Below, in pieces: positions 29,027 through 32,000 of a stretch of 32,000 bases of DNA (positions are counted from its first letter, which is position 1; each line of letters begins with the position of its first letter). This DNA is from Candidatus Methylomirabilis oxygeniifera (lineage in GTDB: Bacteria; Methylomirabilota; Methylomirabilia; Methylomirabilales; Methylomirabilaceae). The stretch lies in NCBI GenBank assembly GCA_000091165.1, contig FP565575.1:480001-512000 (forward strand), given 5' to 3'. Below the pieces are notes generated by a model. That model worked only from the letters and a program-made list of their open reading frames with translations. It was not told the DNA's origin and searched no databases. The translations under genes were made by a program, and so were the position numbers.

Positions 29027-31246
29027 GTGATGACCGTATCGGTGGTGTCTCCGGATCTGATCGCGTCACACGGCCTGACGGCTGACGAGTACGACAGGAT
29101 CGTCGCGATTATCGGTCGTGAACCGAACCTGGTCGAGCTTGGGATGTTCGGCGCGATGTGGTCGGAACACTGCAGCTATAAAAGCTCGCGGATTCATCTG
29201 GCCGGCCTTCCAACGGAGGGTCCGCGTATCCTCCAGGGGCCAGGGGAGAACGCGGGCGTTCTCGATATCGGGGGTGGTTTGGCGCTGGTCTTCAAGATGG
29301 AAAGTCATAATCACCCGTCTTTCATCGAGCCGTATCAGGGGGCTGCGACAGGCGTAGGGGGGATCATCCGGGATATTTTCACCATGGGTGCAAGACCGTT
29401 CGCATTGTGTGATTCGCTCCGTTTCGGGCCGCTGACCGACCCGAAAAACCGCTACCTGTTCGGCCGGGTGGTCGCCGGCATCGCAGGATACGGAAATGCG
29501 GTGGGCGTACCGACGGTGGGTGGAGAGGCGTGCTTCGCCGAGCCGTATAGCGGCAACCCGCTGGTGAATGTGCTGTGCGTCGGGATTGCGCGGAAGGATC
29601 GACTGTTCTTTTCCGGGGCGGGTGGGATCGGCAATCCGGTGATCTATGTCGGGGCCAGGACCGGACGCGACGGCATCCATGGCGCCACGATGGCCTCCGG
29701 CGTTTTCGATGAGGGGGCTGAGGCGAGGCGGCCGACCGTACAGGTCGGCGACCCGTTTCGTGAAAAGCTGCTCATCGAGGCCTGCCTTGAGTTGATGGCA
29801 GGGGACGATTTGGTCGCGGTTCAGGATATGGGGGCGGCGGGGTTGACCTGTGCGACCGCCGAGATGGCCAGCCGCGGCGGTACCGGGATCGAGATAGACC
29901 TCGCCCAGGTCCCTCGGCGAGAACCGGGGATGACGGCCTATGAACTGATGCTCTCGGAGTCGCAGGAGCGGATGCTGGTCGTTGCGAAGGCCGGGAGCGA
30001 GGCGCGTGTTCGAACGGTCTTTGAGAAGTGGGACCTCGACGCGGCGGTCATCGGGCATGTCACTGAGGGGGGGCTGCTGCGGGTGCTGGATCATGGCAGG
30101 CCGGTCGCGGAGATCCCGGCCGATGCCTTGGCATCAGAGGCGCCCGCCTATCACCGGCCGAGCAGCCGCCCTTCCGAGGCTGATGCGCGGCAACGACTCG
30201 ACCTGGATCGCCTTCCGTTGCCGGACGACTATGCGGCTGTCCTGTTGGAGCTGTTGCGGTCGCCCAACCTCTGTTGCAAGGAAGGGATCTGGGAGCGATA
30301 TGACCACATGCTGTTTCTGGGCACGATCGTCGGACCGGGGTCTGATGCTGTCGTCCTGCGGCTACCCGGAGGCACGCGCGCCATTGCGCTCTCGATTGAC
30401 GGCAATAGCCGCTATTGCACCGTAGATCCCTATCGGGGCGCGATGATCGCTGTGGCCGAGGCGGCCAGGAACGTTGTCTGCGGGGGCGGCGAGCCGCTCG
30501 CCATTACCAACTGCCTGAACTTCGGCAATCCTGAGCGCCCGGAGATCATGTGGCAGTTCATTGAGGCGGTCAAGGGGATCGGCGAGGCCTGTCTGGCCTT
30601 CCAGACCCCCGTCACCGGCGGCAACGTGAGCTTGTACAATGAGACATCGGGGAACGCGATCTTCCCCACGCCTATGATCGGGATGGTCGGCCTCCTGGAT
30701 GATGTCGCGCACGCGACAGGCCAGTGGTTCCAGGCTGAAGGAGATATGGTGGCGCTCCTGGGGGATACACGGGAAGAGTTGGGGGCCAGCGAGTATCTTT
30801 CGATCCGGTTCGATCTTGTGCAGGGTGAGCCGCCGGCGCTGGACCTGGCCAGGGAGCGGGCCGTACAGCGCACCTGCCTCGAGGCGATCCGAGCGGGGAT
30901 CATTCGTTCGGCGCACGACTGCTCGGACGGGGGACTGGCCGTCGCGCTGGCGGAATCATGCCTGGGCGCGACACCGATCGGTGTCGATGTCCAACTGAAG
31001 GATACGATTCGCCCCGATGCGCTACTCTTCGGGGAATCACAATCCAGGATCGTTGTCTCCCTCAAGGCAACTGACTGGCTGAGATTGGAAAGGATTGCTG
31101 CGGCGCACCAGGTTCCTGTGACGCGCCTGGGCATCGCCGGGGGGACAAGGTTCAGACTTCACGGTCCGGCCTGCGGGCTTGATCTTCCCATGAGAGAGGT
31201 CGAGACCGCCTGGCGAAGCGGGTTGGCGTCGTCCCTGGGCGCGTAA
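29027..31246 (+). CDS. purL: Phosphoribosylformylglycinamidine synthase subunit PurL (small type)
   Basis: [19 protein letters not shown]...[38 protein letters not shown]; 739 aa, with purS/purQ adjacent. Confidence 0.98.
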   Translation: MMTVSVVSPDLIASHGLTADEYDRIVAIIGREPNLVELGMFGAMWSEHCSYKSSRIHLAGLPTEGPRILQGPGENAGVLDIGGGLALVFKMESHNHPSFIEPYQGAATGVGGIIRDIFTMGARPFALCDSLRFGPLTDPKNRYLFGRVVAGIAGYGNAVGVPTVGGEACFAEPYSGNPLVNVLCVGIARKDRLFFSGAGGIGNPVIYVGARTGRDGIHGATMASGVFDEGAEARRPTVQVGDPFREKLLIEACLELMAGDDLVAVQDMGAAGLTCATAEMASRGGTGIEIDLAQVPRREPGMTAYELMLSESQERMLVVAKAGSEARVRTVFEKWDLDAAVIGHVTEGGLLRVLDHGRPVAEIPADALASEAPAYHRPSSRPSEADARQRLDLDRLPLPDDYAAVLLELLRSPNLCCKEGIWERYDHMLFLGTIVGPGSDAVVLRLPGGTRAIALSIDGNSRYCTVDPYRGAMIAVAEAARNVVCGGGEPLAITNCLNFGNPERPEIMWQFIEAVKGIGEACLAFQTPVTGGNVSLYNETSGNAIFPTPMIGMVGLLDDVAHATGQWFQAEGDMVALLGDTREELGASEYLSIRFDLVQGEPPALDLARERAVQRTCLEAIRAGIIRSAHDCSDGGLAVALAESCLGATPIGVDVQLKDTIRPDALLFGESQSRIVVSLKATDWLRLERIAAAHQVPVTRLGIAGGTRFRLHGPACGLDLPMREVETAWRSGLASSLGA

Positions 31247-31263
31247 GGCGGGAGAGACGTAGA

Positions 31264-32000
31264 ATGAAATCGGTACAGATCGGCATACTGGGGTTCGGGA
31301 CGGTGGGTTCCGGGGTGGTGAAGCTGATTCAGGAAAACGGGGCACTCCTGGAGCAGCGGCTGGGCGGGCGGGTCGTCATCCGTCGAATTGCCGATACCGA
31401 CATCAACCGGCGGCGAAACGTTGATGTGGACCCGACCATACTGACCACCGATGCGGCGGCCGTGCTGGAGGATCCCGCGATCGATATCATTGTGGAGTTG
31501 ATCGGTGGCTGTGATATCGCGCTCAGGTTTTGCCGGGAGGCGCTGAACCGGAACAAGCATCTGGTCACAGCCAACAAGGCACTGCTGGCCACTCACGGGC
31601 TTGAACTGTATCGGATCGCCGCGGCGCGTCGGGTATCCATTGGGTTTGAGGCCAGTGTCTGTGGCGGCATTCCGTTGATCCGGGCGATGAAAGAGGGGCT
31701 GGTCGCCGATCGGGTCCGCTCGATTATCGGAATCGTGAACGGTACCTGCAATTATATCCTCACGACGATGACGGACAGCAGGCGGCCGTTTGCCGAGGTG
31801 TTGGCAGAGGCGCAAGCCCACGGCTACGCTGAGGCCGATCCCTCCTTTGATGTGGACGGGATCGACTCCGCCCACAAGCTCCAGATCCTGGCGACGCTGG
31901 CGTTCGGGACCTATGTCCCCTTTGATCGGATTCACGTCGAGGGGATCAGACAGATCGACGCCTCCGATATCGAATACGCCCGCGAGTTGGGATACCGGAT
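31264..32000 (+). CDS. hom: Homoserine dehydrogenase (3' truncated by window edge)
   Basis: Hand translation MKSVQIGILGFGTVGSGVVKLIQENG...NKHLVTANKALLATHG...FEASVCGGIPLIRAMKEGL...GIVNGTCNYILTTM...EADPSFDVDGIDSAHKLQIL. Confidence 0.96.
   Translation, partial: MKSVQIGILGFGTVGSGVVKLIQENGALLEQRLGGRVVIRRIADTDINRRRNVDVDPTILTTDAAAVLEDPAIDIIVELIGGCDIALRFCREALNRNKHLVTANKALLATHGLELYRIAAARRVSIGFEASVCGGIPLIRAMKEGLVADRVRSIIGIVNGTCNYILTTMTDSRRPFAEVLAEAQAHGYAEADPSFDVDGIDSAHKLQILATLAFGTYVPFDRIHVEGIRQIDASDIEYARELGYR

Overview
Every gene in this 32 kb window is on the + strand, and the content is mostly conserved housekeeping genes. Part 1 is the distal S10/spc/alpha ribosomal cluster: rpsC (partial)-rplP-rpmC-rpsQ-rplN-rplX-rplE-rpsN-rpsH-rplF-rplR-rpsE-rpmD-rplO-secY-adk-map-infA-rpmJ-rpsM-rpsK-rpsD-rpoA-rplQ, closed by a strong intrinsic terminator. 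Part 2 is an EF-G-like paralogue followed by rimP-nusA-(ylxR/ylxQ fusion)-infB-ylxP-rbfA-PHP-truB-ribF-rpsO-pnp-M16 peptidase. Part 3 is purB-purS-purQ-purL and the start of homoserine dehydrogenase. The gene set and style would fit an NC10/Methylomirabilis-like bacterium, but this is only inference and no search was run. I see no CRISPR, rRNA, tRNA, transposon, prophage or defence system. The most interesting signal is in the spacers: at least eight short intergenic regions carry degenerate tandem repeats with a 7-nt period. The heptamer differs at each locus. At several loci a G/T-rich array on the left faces a C/A-rich array on the right, just before the next start codon, sometimes with exact hairpin arms. 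Three genes that follow such arrays (ylxP, purB, purS) have no recognisable Shine-Dalgarno sequence, and at purS the array abuts the ATG with zero spacing. Coordinates of small elements were counted by hand.
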